Below, one piece after another: positions 39,835-51,500 of a DNA stretch of 64,000 nt. Made by a program: the position numbers and the translations under genes. Below the pieces are notes generated by a model, which was not told the DNA's origin, ran no database searches, and worked only from the letters and a program-made list of their open reading frames with translations. The stretch is taken from assembly GCA_963763775.1 (NCBI GenBank), contig CAVXPZ010000004.1, forward strand, positions 288,001 through 352,000, written 5' to 3'. The DNA comes from an uncultured Chloroflexia bacterium (lineage in GTDB: Bacteria > Chloroflexota > Limnocylindria > Limnocylindrales > CSP1-4). The first letter of the stretch is position 1; every line of letters begins with the position of its first letter.

Positions 39835-41097
39835 TTGACCTTCGATACGCTCGGCCTGTCGGCCGATCTCCTCCGCACCGTCGCGGAAGAGGGCTATGAG
39901 GCCCCCACCCCGGTCCAGGCCCAGGCCATCCCGTACGTGCTCGAGGGACGAGACGTCCTCGCTGCGGCCCAGACCGGCACCGGCAAGACCGCGGCCTTCG
40001 TCCTCCCCATCCTCGATCGCCTCCGCGGCCAGGCCAACACGAGCTTCTCGCCCGCTCGCCATCCCGTGCGCTCGCTCATCCTCGTCCCGACGCGCGAGCT
40101 CGCGATGCAGGTCGACGAGAGCGTCCGGACGTACGGCCGGACGGTGCCCCTCCGGTCGACCGTCGTCTACGGCGGCATCCCGATGGACCCGCAGATCAAG
40201 GCGCTGCGAGGCGGCATCGAGATCCTGGTGGCCACGCCGGGCCGGCTGCTCGACCTCGTCGGCCAGAAGGTGGCCAACCTCGGCCAGGTGGAGATCCTCG
40301 TCCTCGACGAGGCGGACCGCATGCTCGACATGGGGTTCCTCCCCGACATCCAGAAGATCATCGCGCTGCTGCCGCCCCGCCGGCAGAACCTCATGTTCTC
40401 CGCGACGTTCTCGGACGACATCCGGCGGCTTTCGGGGACGATCCTCCGGGACCCGGTCACGGTCGAGGTCGCGCCGCGCAACACCGCCGCCGAGGCGGTC
40501 GAGCAGCTCGTCTACCCGGTCGACCGCGACCGCAAGGAAGCGCTCCTCGCCCACCTGATCCGGTCCCGCGACATGCACCAGGTGCTCGTCTTCACGCGCA
40601 CGAAGCTCGCCGCGACGCGGCTCGCGAACCGGCTCGACCGCGAGGGCCTCGATGCCGTCGCGATCCACTCGGACCGCTCGCAGCCCGAGCGCACGAAGGC
40701 CCTCGAGGGATTCAAGAACGGCGACATCCGGGTGCTCGTCGCCACGGACGTCGCGGCACGCGGGCTCGACATCGAGGACCTGCCGGCCGTCGTCAACTTC
40801 GAGCTCCCGTGGAACCCGCAGGACTACATCCACCGCATCGGCCGGACGGGACGCGCCGGCGCGACCGGCGAGGCCATCTCGCTCGTCTGCATGGACGAGG
40901 TGGACCTGCTGCGCGGCATCCAGCGGATGCTCAAGCGAGCGATCCCGTGGACCGTCGAGGAGGGCTTCATCCCGGACCGCAATGTCGAGGCGCGGCCGCT
41001 CTCGATGCGGGCGGGGCACGCCCGGACGGGGACGGAGCATCACGCCCACCGTAAGCCGGTCCGGCGGACCGGGCGGGTGGAGAGCGGTCGTCGCTAG
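39835..41097 (+). CDS. rhlE: DEAD-box RNA helicase (RhlE-like)
   Basis: Q motif, AQTGTGKT, PTRELA, DEAD, SAT, ARGLD, HRIGRTGR. Confidence 0.93.
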   Translation: MTFDTLGLSADLLRTVAEEGYEAPTPVQAQAIPYVLEGRDVLAAAQTGTGKTAAFVLPILDRLRGQANTSFSPARHPVRSLILVPTRELAMQVDESVRTYGRTVPLRSTVVYGGIPMDPQIKALRGGIEILVATPGRLLDLVGQKVANLGQVEILVLDEADRMLDMGFLPDIQKIIALLPPRRQNLMFSATFSDDIRRLSGTILRDPVTVEVAPRNTAAEAVEQLVYPVDRDRKEALLAHLIRSRDMHQVLVFTRTKLAATRLANRLDREGLDAVAIHSDRSQPERTKALEGFKNGDIRVLVATDVAARGLDIEDLPAVVNFELPWNPQDYIHRIGRTGRAGATGEAISLVCMDEVDLLRGIQRMLKRAIPWTVEEGFIPDRNVEARPLSMRAGHARTGTEHHAHRKPVRRTGRVESGRR

Positions 41098-41127
41098 GCG
41101 TCCCGCCAGGCGATCGCCGGTCTGCCG

Positions 41128-41640
41128 CTAGGCGGTCGCCGCCGCCGGGTCGTCCATCGCGGCGCCCGGGAAGAAGAACCCGAGCATGAGGTCCGCTGCC
41201 ACGCGGTCGACACCGTAGCGGTTGACCAGCGCGTGATGGCACTCGATCGCCTGGGTCGGATCGGCCAGCAGCGCGAGCCGGACATCGCGCAGCATCACGA
41301 ACTCGCCGCTGGGTCGGGTCAGCGCGCGGCCCGGGTCGAACCCGGGCAGGGTCGGGAGCTCGCCGGCGAGGCGATACGGCCCCACGTCGAGCTCGAGGCT
41401 GTGCCAGGCGGCATGCGCCGCGAGGAACGGGTCGTCGTCGGAGACGACGATCAGCACGTCGTCGCTGGCGATCGTCGTGTCGCCGGCCGGCCCGGTCGCC
41501 ACGCCGTCGAGGGCCTGCCAGGTCGTGCCGGTCATCGGGAGCTCGCTCGCGGTCTCGAGGAAGTCGCGCAGTTGCCCGACACGGGCGAACGTGCCGGAGG
41601 CGATGCCCTCGCTCATGTACGCGTCCACGTGGATCGGCAT
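41128..41640 (-). CDS. Hypothetical protein
   Basis: 170-aa ORF with genome-typical codons; no family recognised with confidence. Confidence 0.65.
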   Translation of the reverse strand: MPIHVDAYMSEGIASGTFARVGQLRDFLETASELPMTGTTWQALDGVATGPAGDTTIASDDVLIVVSDDDPFLAAHAAWHSLELDVGPYRLAGELPTLPGFDPGRALTRPSGEFVMLRDVRLALLADPTQAIECHHALVNRYGVDRVAADLMLGFFFPGAAMDDPAAATA

Positions 41641-41734
41641 CGAGCAACCTCGAGCGTGGCCGCACTGTGCGCCACGCGCGCGCGCCCGGGAACGACCCGT
41701 CCGTACCCGATCCCAGCCGCCGGAGGTACGGTCG

Positions 41735-42976
41735 TCAGCGGTTCGCGCGGCAGTCCGGACAGCCGCTCGGCGGCGCCAGGACCAGCCGGAGGAGCGACCG
41801 CGCGATGATGGCCGGGTCGGTCCGTGACTGGTTGGACAGGACCGCGATCGCGATCCGCTCGTTCGGGAGCCAGCGCATCAGCGACCGAAAGCCCAGCAAT
41901 CGGCCGGAGTGACCCCACGCGGGGTGCCCGCCGAGCTCGATGGCCTGCACGCCGAGGCCGTACGGGATCGCCGGACCCAAGGGGGCCGTCCGGGCGACGT
42001 CGTCGAACATCGCCTGGACCGAATCGGGCGACACGACGTGGCCGTTGTACAGGGCACGGGCCCAGTAGACGAGGTCCATGGGAGTCGAGGCGATGGCGCC
42101 GGCGCCGCCGGCCGCGGTCACGACCGACGTGAACGGCGCGACCGTGCTCCCGTCGGAGAGATCGATGGGCGACGCGTGCCCGGGCGCGAATCGATAGCCG
42201 TGGGCGACCGGACCGGCAGGCTTGTGGTCCACCTGGTCGAACGTGTGGGCCAGCCCGAGCGGGCCGAAGAACCGCTCCTGGAGCTGCTGGCCGAGCGGCG
42301 CCCCGCCGACGCGCTCCGCGAGCATCCCGAGGATCAGGTAGTTCGTGTTCGAGTAGTGCCACCCCTTCCCCGGCGGGAAGTACGGCTTGCCGACGTATCG
42401 GAACGCGCGCGCCGCACTCCACACGCGGCCGCGATCCGTGAGCAGGGCATGGTCGATGCGCGGGTCGAAGAAGAAGTCGCGCAGCCCGCTCGTGTGGTCG
42501 AGCAGCTGGCGGACCGTGATCCGCCGGTCGATCGGCAGCGACGGCAGGTATCGCCGCACGGGCAGGTCGAGGCCGATCTTCCCGTCGTCGCGGAGGGCCA
42601 TGATCAGGGCCGCGGTGAAGGTCTTGCTCACGCTCGCGAGCGCGAACGCGGTGTCCGGTGTCACGGCCGTCCCCGCGGCGACGTCGGCCAGGCCGCTGGT
42701 CCCGAGCCAGCTGGTCCCGTCGGGGAACAGGATCGCGACGGAGACCCCGGGCACGGCCTCCTTGACCGCCAGGTGGTCGAGCCGTCGCTGGAGGGCGGCA
42801 CGGAGGGCCGGTGTGGAGGTCGGCCCGCTCGGAACGCGAACGGACCGGGCATCGATGACGTCCGGCTTGTCGTCCGGCGTCACGGCCCCGGCAGCCGGGG
42901 CGGCGAACGAGGCGGCGACCGCCGCGACGAGCGTCCCGAGGATGAGGCGGCGCACGAGGCGGCGGCGGGGTCGCAT
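41735..42976 (-). CDS. Secreted serine hydrolase (beta-lactamase/D-Ala-D-Ala carboxypeptidase family)
   Basis: SVSK, LLDHTSG, YSN and GHSG motifs; signal peptide. Confidence 0.92.
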   Translation of the reverse strand: MRPRRRLVRRLILGTLVAAVAASFAAPAAGAVTPDDKPDVIDARSVRVPSGPTSTPALRAALQRRLDHLAVKEAVPGVSVAILFPDGTSWLGTSGLADVAAGTAVTPDTAFALASVSKTFTAALIMALRDDGKIGLDLPVRRYLPSLPIDRRITVRQLLDHTSGLRDFFFDPRIDHALLTDRGRVWSAARAFRYVGKPYFPPGKGWHYSNTNYLILGMLAERVGGAPLGQQLQERFFGPLGLAHTFDQVDHKPAGPVAHGYRFAPGHASPIDLSDGSTVAPFTSVVTAAGGAGAIASTPMDLVYWARALYNGHVVSPDSVQAMFDDVARTAPLGPAIPYGLGVQAIELGGHPAWGHSGRLLGFRSLMRWLPNERIAIAVLSNQSRTDPAIIARSLLRLVLAPPSGCPDCRANR

Positions 42977-43021
42977 GTCGGTGGCACGATAGCGCAGGCG
43001 TCCCCGAGTACCATCCGGAGC

Positions 43022-44249
43022 ATGACCCCCGACCGTTCCGCCGCCGCCCTGCTTCGTGCCGTCGATCTCATGGCCGATGGGCCGGTGCCCTGGGGGCGTC
43101 CGTTGCCGCCCACGGGCGCCGGCGTCTTCGTCGTGGAGCTCGCGGACCCACGCCCGTCCGCGCCCATCGAGCTGTCGCGGGTCGGCAAGTGGATCGAGCG
43201 CGTGCCGGATCTCCGTCTCGACGGCGAGCGGCCCGCATCGCGTGCGCTCTCCGCGCGGCTCGCCGCGTTCTGGATCCCTTCGGCGCCCGTGCTGTACATC
43301 GGGTCGTCGACGCAGTCGGTCAGCCGGCGCGTCGCGGCCATCCAGGGCACGACCCTCGGGGACCGGCGGCCGTCCGCCGGCGGGCACTGGCTGCAGACCC
43401 TCACGATGCCGCCGAGCGCACGGGTCTGGTGGGCGACCACCGCGGCCGTCGAGGAGTACGAGGACGCGCTGCTCACCGCGTTCGCCTCGGCCCTCGAGGC
43501 CGGCGATGTCGCCTCGCTTCCGGACCGTGACGTGATCCTGCCGTTCGCGACGCTCGCCCGGCCGACCGGCGAGCGCAAGCGGACCGGGCTCAGCGGGTCG
43601 CTGCTGCCCGAAGCCAAGGAACCGCCGCGCCCCCCGACGCGGATCGTCAACGTGCCCGACGGCGATGCCGAGGGCGCGCATGGCGAACCGCCGGCCCCGC
43701 GATCGACGGCGCCCGTCGACGGGGGCACGGAAGCCGGCGGCGACCGCGGTCGCGGCGGGCTCGGTCCCGCCCGGACCGGCGCCGATCGCCCCGGACGCGA
43801 CGCACCTCACGGTCGATGGCGAGGCGCGCCTGCGCGCCGAGCTGGACGGCCTCATCCGCGTCAAGCGGCCCGAGGTGATCGCCCGGATCCGCTCTGCGAA
43901 GGAACTCGGCGACCTGAAGGAGAACGCCGACTACAGCGCCGCGCGCGAGGAGCAGTCGTTCCTGGAGGGCCGCATCCAGGCCATCGAGGCGCGCCTGCGG
44001 ACCGCCAAGGTCGTCGAGGCGCCGGAGGCGGGGGGACGCGTGGGGCTCGGGTCGGTCGTCACGCTCGAGCTCGACGGCGAGGAGGATCGCCTCACGATCG
44101 TCGGGACCGCCGAGTCGGACCCGACGACGGGCCGGATCTCCTCGGCGTCACCGGTGGGGCGAGCCCTGCTGGGTCATGCGTCCGGCGACGAGGTCGTGAT
44201 CGTCACCCCGATGGGCGACCAGCGCTATCGGATCGTGGCGGTCGACTGA
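43022..44249 (+). CDS. greA: GreA/GreB elongation factor with a long N-terminal GIY-YIG-like domain (frameshift near 43700)
   Basis: C-terminal GDLKENADYSAAREEQ...ISSASPVGRALLG; N-terminal GVFVV...VLYIGSS...GGHWL...EEYEDALL...LPFA. Confidence 0.75.
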
Positions 44250-44280
44250 CCGCGCTGGACGCGGCGGCGCGCCCGGAGCG

Positions 44281-44946
44281 TCAGGCCTGCGGCGTATCCA
44301 CCATCTTGTGCTCCACGGCGTACAGGGCCGCCTGGGTGCGGGACGCCAGGCCGAGCTTGCCGAGGATGTTCGAGACGTAGGTCCGGGCGGTCCGCTCCGT
44401 GATGAACAGGGTCGCGCCGATCTCCTTGTTGCTCATCCCCTGCCCGAGCAGCCGGAGCACGTCCTTCTCGCGATCCGTGAGCGGCTCGGCGAGGTCGTCG
44501 TCCGACGACTTGCGAGTCCGCATCCGCTGCGCGAGCAGTCGGGCGACGGCCGGGTCGAGATGGACCTCGCCGGCGTAGGCCGCGCGCACGGCGGCGGCGA
44601 CCTCCTCGGCCTCGGCGTCCTTGAGGACGTACCCGGACGCGCCGGCCTCGAGGGCGGCCGTGACCTTCTCCTCCTCGATGAAGGAGGTCATCGTCACGAT
44701 CTCCGTCTCGGGCCGCTCCGCCTTGATCCGACCGATGGCCGTGATCCCGTCCATGTTCGGCATCAGGAGATCCATCAGGATCACGTCCGGCTCGAGCCGA
44801 CGGGCCATGGCGACGCCTTCGGAGCCGTCGGCGGCCTCGCCGACGACCTCGAGATCGGGCTGGAGGTCCAGGAAGACCCGGAGGCCCGTTCGGACGACGG
44901 AGTGGTCGTCGACGATCAGGACCCGGATGGTGGTCGGCTCGGTCAC
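44281..44946 (-). CDS. NarL/LuxR family response regulator
   Basis: VLIVDDHSVVR, MDLLMP, LTDREKDVL...SRTQAALYA. Confidence 0.93.
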   Translation of the reverse strand: MTEPTTIRVLIVDDHSVVRTGLRVFLDLQPDLEVVGEAADGSEGVAMARRLEPDVILMDLLMPNMDGITAIGRIKAERPETEIVTMTSFIEEEKVTAALEAGASGYVLKDAEAEEVAAAVRAAYAGEVHLDPAVARLLAQRMRTRKSSDDDLAEPLTDREKDVLRLLGQGMSNKEIGATLFITERTARTYVSNILGKLGLASRTQAALYAVEHKMVDTPQA

Positions 44947-45019
44947 GTGTCCTCCGGACGGGTGCGGCGCGCGATTCGGGAGCAGGGACGAGTCTATCAA
45001 AGGAGCACCCTCGATCCGG

Positions 45020-45421
45020 TCATGGGACGGCCTGTCGGCCGGTCGCGATGATGGCCGCGACGAGCTCGCTCGGTCGGAACGTCTTGCGCACGATGCCGTC
45101 CGCCTTGGTCGCGAGGGTCTCGCGGTCGGGGCAGTCCGACTGGCCCAGGACGAGGATCCGCACGTGCGGCGCCGCCGCCCGAAGCCGGTCGATGCAGTCG
45201 AGGCCGTCCTCGGTCGCCGGGAGCCTCGGGTCGATGACGACGACGTCCGGCGACGCCGACGCGACGAGGTCGATGGCGGCGCTGACCTTGCCCGCGCTGC
45301 CGACGACCACGACGTCGTGCCCGATCCCCAGCAGCCCGGTCAGGCTCTCCCGTACCCGGTCGTCCGAATCGACGATCAGGACCCGGAGCGGTGCGGCGGC
45401 CCGGATGACGGGTTCGTCCAT
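45020..45421 (-). CDS. Stand-alone receiver (REC) domain protein
   Basis: RVLIVDSD...PDVVVIDPRLP...IVRK. Confidence 0.8.
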   Translation of the reverse strand: MDEPVIRAAAPLRVLIVDSDDRVRESLTGLLGIGHDVVVVGSAGKVSAAIDLVASASPDVVVIDPRLPATEDGLDCIDRLRAAAPHVRILVLGQSDCPDRETLATKADGIVRKTFRPSELVAAIIATGRQAVP

Positions 45422-45509
45422 ATGCCCGTCATGGTCGGGGCGGCGACGAGGGCCACGGAACGGACGCTTGCCGAGGGACGCCTCGGCCGAACGACGGCCG
45501 CGACCTACG

Positions 45510-48500
45510 TCATCGGTCGCGGATGGACGGCGTCGGGGCCGGCCCGCGTCGGGCGCCGGGCTCGGAGCCCGCCCCGAGGGTGGCGTCCGGGACGAGGACC
45601 TCGATCGTGGTGCCCTTGCCCGGCACGCTCTTGCAGGTGAAGGTCGCGCCGATCCGCGCCGCGCGGGCCTCCATGCCCGCGAGCCCGAGATGACCCGCCG
45701 GCACGGACGCCGGGTCGAACCCCCTGCCGTCGTCCTGGACCCGGAGCCGGACGCCCGCGCGCGTCCGGCCGAGCTCGACGCGCACCTGCTGTGCCGTGGC
45801 GTGCTTCACGACGTTGTGCAGCGCCTCCTGCGCGATCCGGTACAGCGCTTCCTCCACGGGCAGCGGCAGGCGCTCCTCGAGATCGCTCTCCACCACGACC
45901 GGCAGCCCGATCCGACCCTGGAGCGCGGCCGTGTGCGTCTTGAGCGCGCGCGACAGGCCGTCCTGCTCGAGGTTGCCGGGGCGCAGCTCGAAGATGAGCG
46001 CGCGCATCTCGGCGAGGGCCTCGCGCTGGAGCTCGCGCAACTGCGTGATCTGCGCCTTCGCGGCGTCGACATCGCGCTCGAGCAGGAGCTCGACGGAGCG
46101 CGAGACGAGCGTCATCGAGAACAGTGCCTGGGTCACCGAGTCGTGCAGTTCCCGGGCAAGGTGGGCGCGCTCCTCGCCGGCCGCCAGCTCGCCGGCCTGG
46201 CGGCGAAGGTCGCGTTCCAGGCGCTCGCGCTCGCCGACGTCCCGCGCCGCTCCGTGGGCGCCGACGAAGCGGTCCTCCTCGACCATGCCGATGCCGTTGA
46301 TCTCGACGAGGACGTCGTGGCCGTCCGCGTGCCGGAACGGCAGACGGGAGCGGTGCACCGACGTCGGGTGCCGGCTCAGCCACTTGAAGCGGACCTCGGC
46401 CTCGCGCCGTGAGCCTTCCGCGAAGACCTCCCAGTACTCGCGGCCGATGAGCACCGAGGACGGCATGCCCAGCATCGACTCGGCGGCCTCGCTCACGAAG
46501 GTGAGGCGGCCGCCGGCGTCGGTGACCCACACGAGGTCCGGCGAGGACGACACGAGGTAGCGGTAGCGCTCCTCGGAGCTGCGCAGCTCGCGCTGGAGCC
46601 GCTCGCGCTCGGAGATGTCGCGGGTCGCGCCGTGGATGCCGGCGAACCGCCCGTCCGCGCCCACGATCCCGATCGAGTGGACCTCGACCGGCGTGCGCCG
46701 GCCCTCGCGGCCCACCAGGACCAGCTCGGCCACCTGCTGGGTCCCGGGATCGGCCATGAGCCGTTCCCAGCGGTCGGCCGCGACCGCCAGGGACGCGGGG
46801 TCGACGATGGTCGAGAAGTGCCGATCCGTCAGCTCGGCCGGGCTGAAGCCGGTCATGCCCTCGATCGCCTCGGAGAGGAACGTGAACTGGCCGTCGGGGT
46901 CGGTCGCGAAGACGACATCGGGGGAGTTCTCGACCAGGAAGCGGTAGCGCTCTTCCGACTCGCGCAGTTCCCGCTCGAGGCGCTCCTGCTCGCTGACGCC
47001 CCGGACCGTGCCCTGGACGCCGGCGAAGACGCCGTCCTCCCAGACCGAGACCGACGAGATCTCGCCCGGGAAGACCGTCCCGTCCCGATGGCGGAGGAGG
47101 TAGCGGAAGCGCCGGATGACGTCGCGTTCCTCGTGCTGCTCCTCGAAGTTCGCGATCGCCTCCTGAAGCGACTCGGGCGCGGTCAGGTCCGCGAAGGTCA
47201 GGTCCGCGGCCTCCGCCGGCGTCCACCCGAAGAGCGCCTCGGCGCCCTCGGCCACGAACAGGAAGCGGCCCTGCGCGTCGCAGCGATAGATGACGTCGGG
47301 CGTGGTCTGCACGAGCTGGCGGAACCGCGTCTCCGACTCGCGCAGCTCCCGCTCCAAGCGGTCCCGCTCGCGCATGTCCCGCACGGAGCCGTTCGCGCCC
47401 GCGAACTGGCCGCGCTCGTCGAGGAGGGCGGTCGCGATGAACTCGGCGGGGACCGCCTCGCCGTCCCGACCGAGGAGGTTGACGCGCCCCCGGAGTTCCT
47501 GGCCGCTCTCGGCGAGGCCCATGGTCCAGTCGAGCTCGGCGACGTCTCGGGAGGTGTCGTGGAGCAGGACCCCGAAGTGCTGGCCGAGCAGGTCCTCGGC
47601 GAGCCGGCCCGTCATCCGCTCGACCGCGTCGGACAGGAACGAGAGCCGGGAGTCGGGACCGATCGACCAGACGAGGTCCGGGGCGTTCTCGACGAGGTAG
47701 CGATAGCGCTCCTCGGACTCCGTGAGGCGCGTCAGCAGCGTCGAGTTCGTGATCGCGATGGCCGCCTGGTCGGCGAGGCCCTGGAGCAGGTCCAGCTCGT
47801 CGGCCTGGAATTCGCGCGGCGTCCGGGACGACACCGCGAGGGTGCCGATGACCTCGCCGCCCGGCGCCCGGAGCGGCGCGGCGGCCATGCCGCGCAAGCC
47901 GAGCTTCTCCGCGACCTCGACGTCCTCCGGCTCCTGCGGGATGCGCGTGTCGCGCAGGTAGTCGGCGGTGGCCACCGGGACGCGCGCCTGCGCGGCGAGG
48001 CCGTTGATGCCACCGCCGAGCGGGAACTCCATCGAGAGCAGCCACCCCTCGGTCTCGCTGTCCGCCCCGCCCTGGAGGACGACCGGGATGAGGTACGTGC
48101 CGTCCTCGGACATCCGCGTGAGATGGGCCGCGTCGGTGCCCAGCAGGCGCTTCGCCTCGTCGACGACGCGCTCGAGGATGGCGTCGGGCTCGCGCAAGGC
48201 GGCGATGCTCGCGGTGATGTCGCGGAGCGACCGCTCGGTGTCGGCGCGGCGCTCGATCGCCAGTCGCGAGCGCTCCAGCTCCTCGATGAGCCGGGCGTTC
48301 GTGATGGCGATGGCGGCCTGGTCGGCGAGGCCGCCGAGGATCGCCTCGTCGATCGCGTCGAAGCGGTAGGCGTCCTTGCTGTACACCTCGATGGCTCCGA
48401 GGGGGCCCTCGTCGCCGATGATCGGCGCGACGATGAGGTCGCCGATGCCCGTGGACGCCGCCATCTCGTCCGACGCCGGGACGTGCTCGAAGTCGCCGGT

Positions 48501-51500
48501 CAGGTAATCGCCTGCGGCGATGACCCGGCGCTCGAGCATCGCCCGTCCGGCGAGGCCCTCGCCCAGGTGGAGCCGTGACGTGGCGACGGCCGCCTGCTGT
48601 TCCGGCGTCAAGCCGGCGTGGTACGCGGTGACCAGGACGCCCTCGACGGTGTCGAATTCGTCGATGACGGCGCCATCGGCCCGGAGCAGCCGGAACGCTT
48701 CGTCGACGATGCGCTGGAGGAGGCCGATCGGCTCCCGGATCGACGTGATCCGCGTCGCGATCTCGCGCAGCGCGTGCTCGGCCACCGCCCGGCGCTCGAG
48801 GTGATCCCGTGACCGGGCGAGCTCGTCCATGAGCCGCGCGTTCCGGATGGCGATCGACGCCTGCGTGGCCAGCGCGGTCAGGACCTCGAGGTCGGCGTCG
48901 TCGTAGGCACCGGACCGCCGCGAGACGACCGAGATGGTCCCGATGGGCCCCGCCTCGGCGGAGAGCGGCGTGGACATCACCGCACGGATCCCCATGGCGC
49001 GGATGAAGGCGTCGATCTCGGGCTGATGGTCGAAGCGCTCGTCCTCGAGGTAGTCGCGCGTCAGGATCGCCTGTTGCTCCGCGAACGCCCGGCCGGCGAC
49101 GGCCTGGCCCGGCTTGAGACCGCCGCTCTGCGCCCAGTCCGGGACGACCGACATCGCCTCGCCGGCGGCATAGGACCAGCGGAGCGCGTCGATCTCCGGG
49201 TCGTACTGGTCGATCCGAGCGCCGTCCGAGTCGAGGAGGCGAGCGGCCTCCTCCACGATCCGCTGGAGCACCTCGGCCGGGTCGAGGATCGCGGACACCC
49301 GGGCGGCGATCTCGCGCAGCGTCCGCTCCGAATCCGCGCGGCGGGCGATCTCGGACCGCGAGCGCTCGAGCTCGTCGATGAGGTTCGCGTTGGCGATGGC
49401 GACGGCCGCCTGGTCCGCGAGGGCCGCGAGCAGGCCCGCATCCGCCTCGTCGAAGGCCGCGACCCGGTCGCCGTAGACCGTGATCGCCCCGATGACGATG
49501 TCGCGGTGGATCAGTGGCGCGGCGATGACCGACCGGATCGCCGCGGCGCGGACGAAGTCGTCGCGGCCGGGCGTGTGGGTGAACCGGTCGTCCGCGAGGT
49601 AGTCGTCGGTCCACTCGACGCGGCGCGTGGTCAGGGCCAGGCCGGACACCCCGGCGTCGGCCTGGAGCTCGACCTCGCTCAGGAGGGGCTTGCTGGCGAC
49701 CGCTCGCTGACCGGCTTCCTGGGCCGTCCAGACCTCGGCCATGGCGGCGTCGCCGACCATGTCGATCATGGCGCCGGTGGCCCCGAGCAACCGGACCGAG
49801 GCGTCGATCACCGACTGGAGGATCTCGTCCTTGTCGCGCATGGCGCTGACCCGGGCGGCGATCTCGCGGAGCGTCCGCTCGGCGTCGGCGGTGTGGGCGA
49901 GGTCCTCCCGGGAGCGCGCCAGCTCGTCGATGAGCCGGGCGTTCGTGATCGCGATCGCCGCCTGGCTCGCGAGCGCCCCGATGAGCGAGGCGTCCGTCTC
50001 GGTGAAGGCGTCGCGGCGCCGGGAGTAGACCTCGATGACCCCGAGCGGCCCGGCGTCGCCGGTGATCGGCGCGGCGATCATCGAGTGGAACCCCGTGCGT
50101 TCGTAGAACTCGGTGGACTCGGGCGACGGCGGGAACTGGTCGACGAGGTCGCCGCCGGCCAGCACGACGCGGTCCTCCGCGACGGCGGTGCCGGTGGCCC
50201 CGACGCCGACCGAGATCCAGAGCTGACGCCGTTCCTCGTCCGTGAAGATCTCGCGGAGCCCGTCGTCGAAGGCCCAGTGCAGGTTCCCGGTCGAGGGGTC
50301 GAGGAGGTCGAGGATCGCCCCGTCGCCGCGGACGAGCCGGACGGCCTGCCCCACGACGTCCTGGAGGATCTCGTCGGGCTCGCGCATGACCGTGATACGG
50401 GCGGCGATCTCGCGCAGCGCCTGCTCCGCCTCCGCGCGCCGGCCGAGGGCGTCGCGGGACCGGTCGAGCTCGTCGATCAGGCGCGTCGTCGTGATGGTGA
50501 TCGCGGCCTGGTCCGCGATGGCGACGAGGAGGGCGGCGTCGGCGTCGGACCACGCGTCGGGCCGGTCCGTGTAGATCGTCACCGCACCGAACGGGCCGGC
50601 CTCGCCGATCAACGGCGCGGCCATGACCGACTGGATCCCGGTGCCAGAGATGTAGGTGTCGGCGCCGAGCCCGTGCGGGAACCGCTGGTCGTGGAGGTAA
50701 TCGCCCGTCCAGGTCGCGCGGCCGTGGACCACGGCCTGGCCGGCCACGCCCTGCTCGAGCGTCTCGTCGGGATCGTCCGGCCACTGCTCGTCGTCGGGGC
50801 GCTGCGCGCCGGAGGCATAGGCCCAGCGCAGCAGGCCGGAGACGGGATCGAGCAGGTCGATCCGCGCGCCGTCGGCCCGGAGGAGGCGTGCCGCCTCGTC
50901 GACCGCGCTCTGCAGGACCGCGGGGAGGTCCGACGCGGCGCTGATGCGGGCGGCGATCTCGCGCAGCGAGCGCTCGACCTCGGCGCGCTTGGCGAGTTCC
51001 ACCCGGGAGTGGTCGAGGGCGTCGATGAGTCGGGCATTCGCCATCGCCGCGGCGGCGTGGTCCGCGAGCGCCCGGACGAGCGCGACCTGCGGCGGGTCGA
51101 AGGCGGCCGGCTTGGCGCTGAACGCCCCGAGCGCGCCGTAGATGGTGCCGCCGTTGATCAGCGGCGCCGCGACCATCGAGCGGATCCCGATGTCCGCCAC
51201 GACGCGATCGGTCCCCTCGGCATGCTCGATCGCCGGGTCGGCCAGGTAGTCGTCGGTCCCGACGACGTTGCGCTCCGCGACCGCCCGGCCGAAGATCCCC
51301 ACCCCCATCGGCAGCACGATCGAGCGGACCCAGGCCCGGCTTCGTGGACTCCGGATCCCCGCGTCGTGCGCGAACCGCAGGTGGCCCGTCTCGGGATCGA
51401 CGAGGTAGACCATCGCGCCGTCCGCCTCGAGCAGCCGGGCGGTCTCCGCGACCGCCGAGACGAGCTGGTCGTGGATGTCGCCGTGCCCGCCGTCGGGGTC

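Noticed and set aside
45505-50784. 1759-aa ORF and other long overlapping or antisense ORFs (e.g. 16334-18889, 49026-51686, 54857-56929)
   Set aside because: Arg/Pro/Gly-rich shadow frames of real genes, expected at this GC content.
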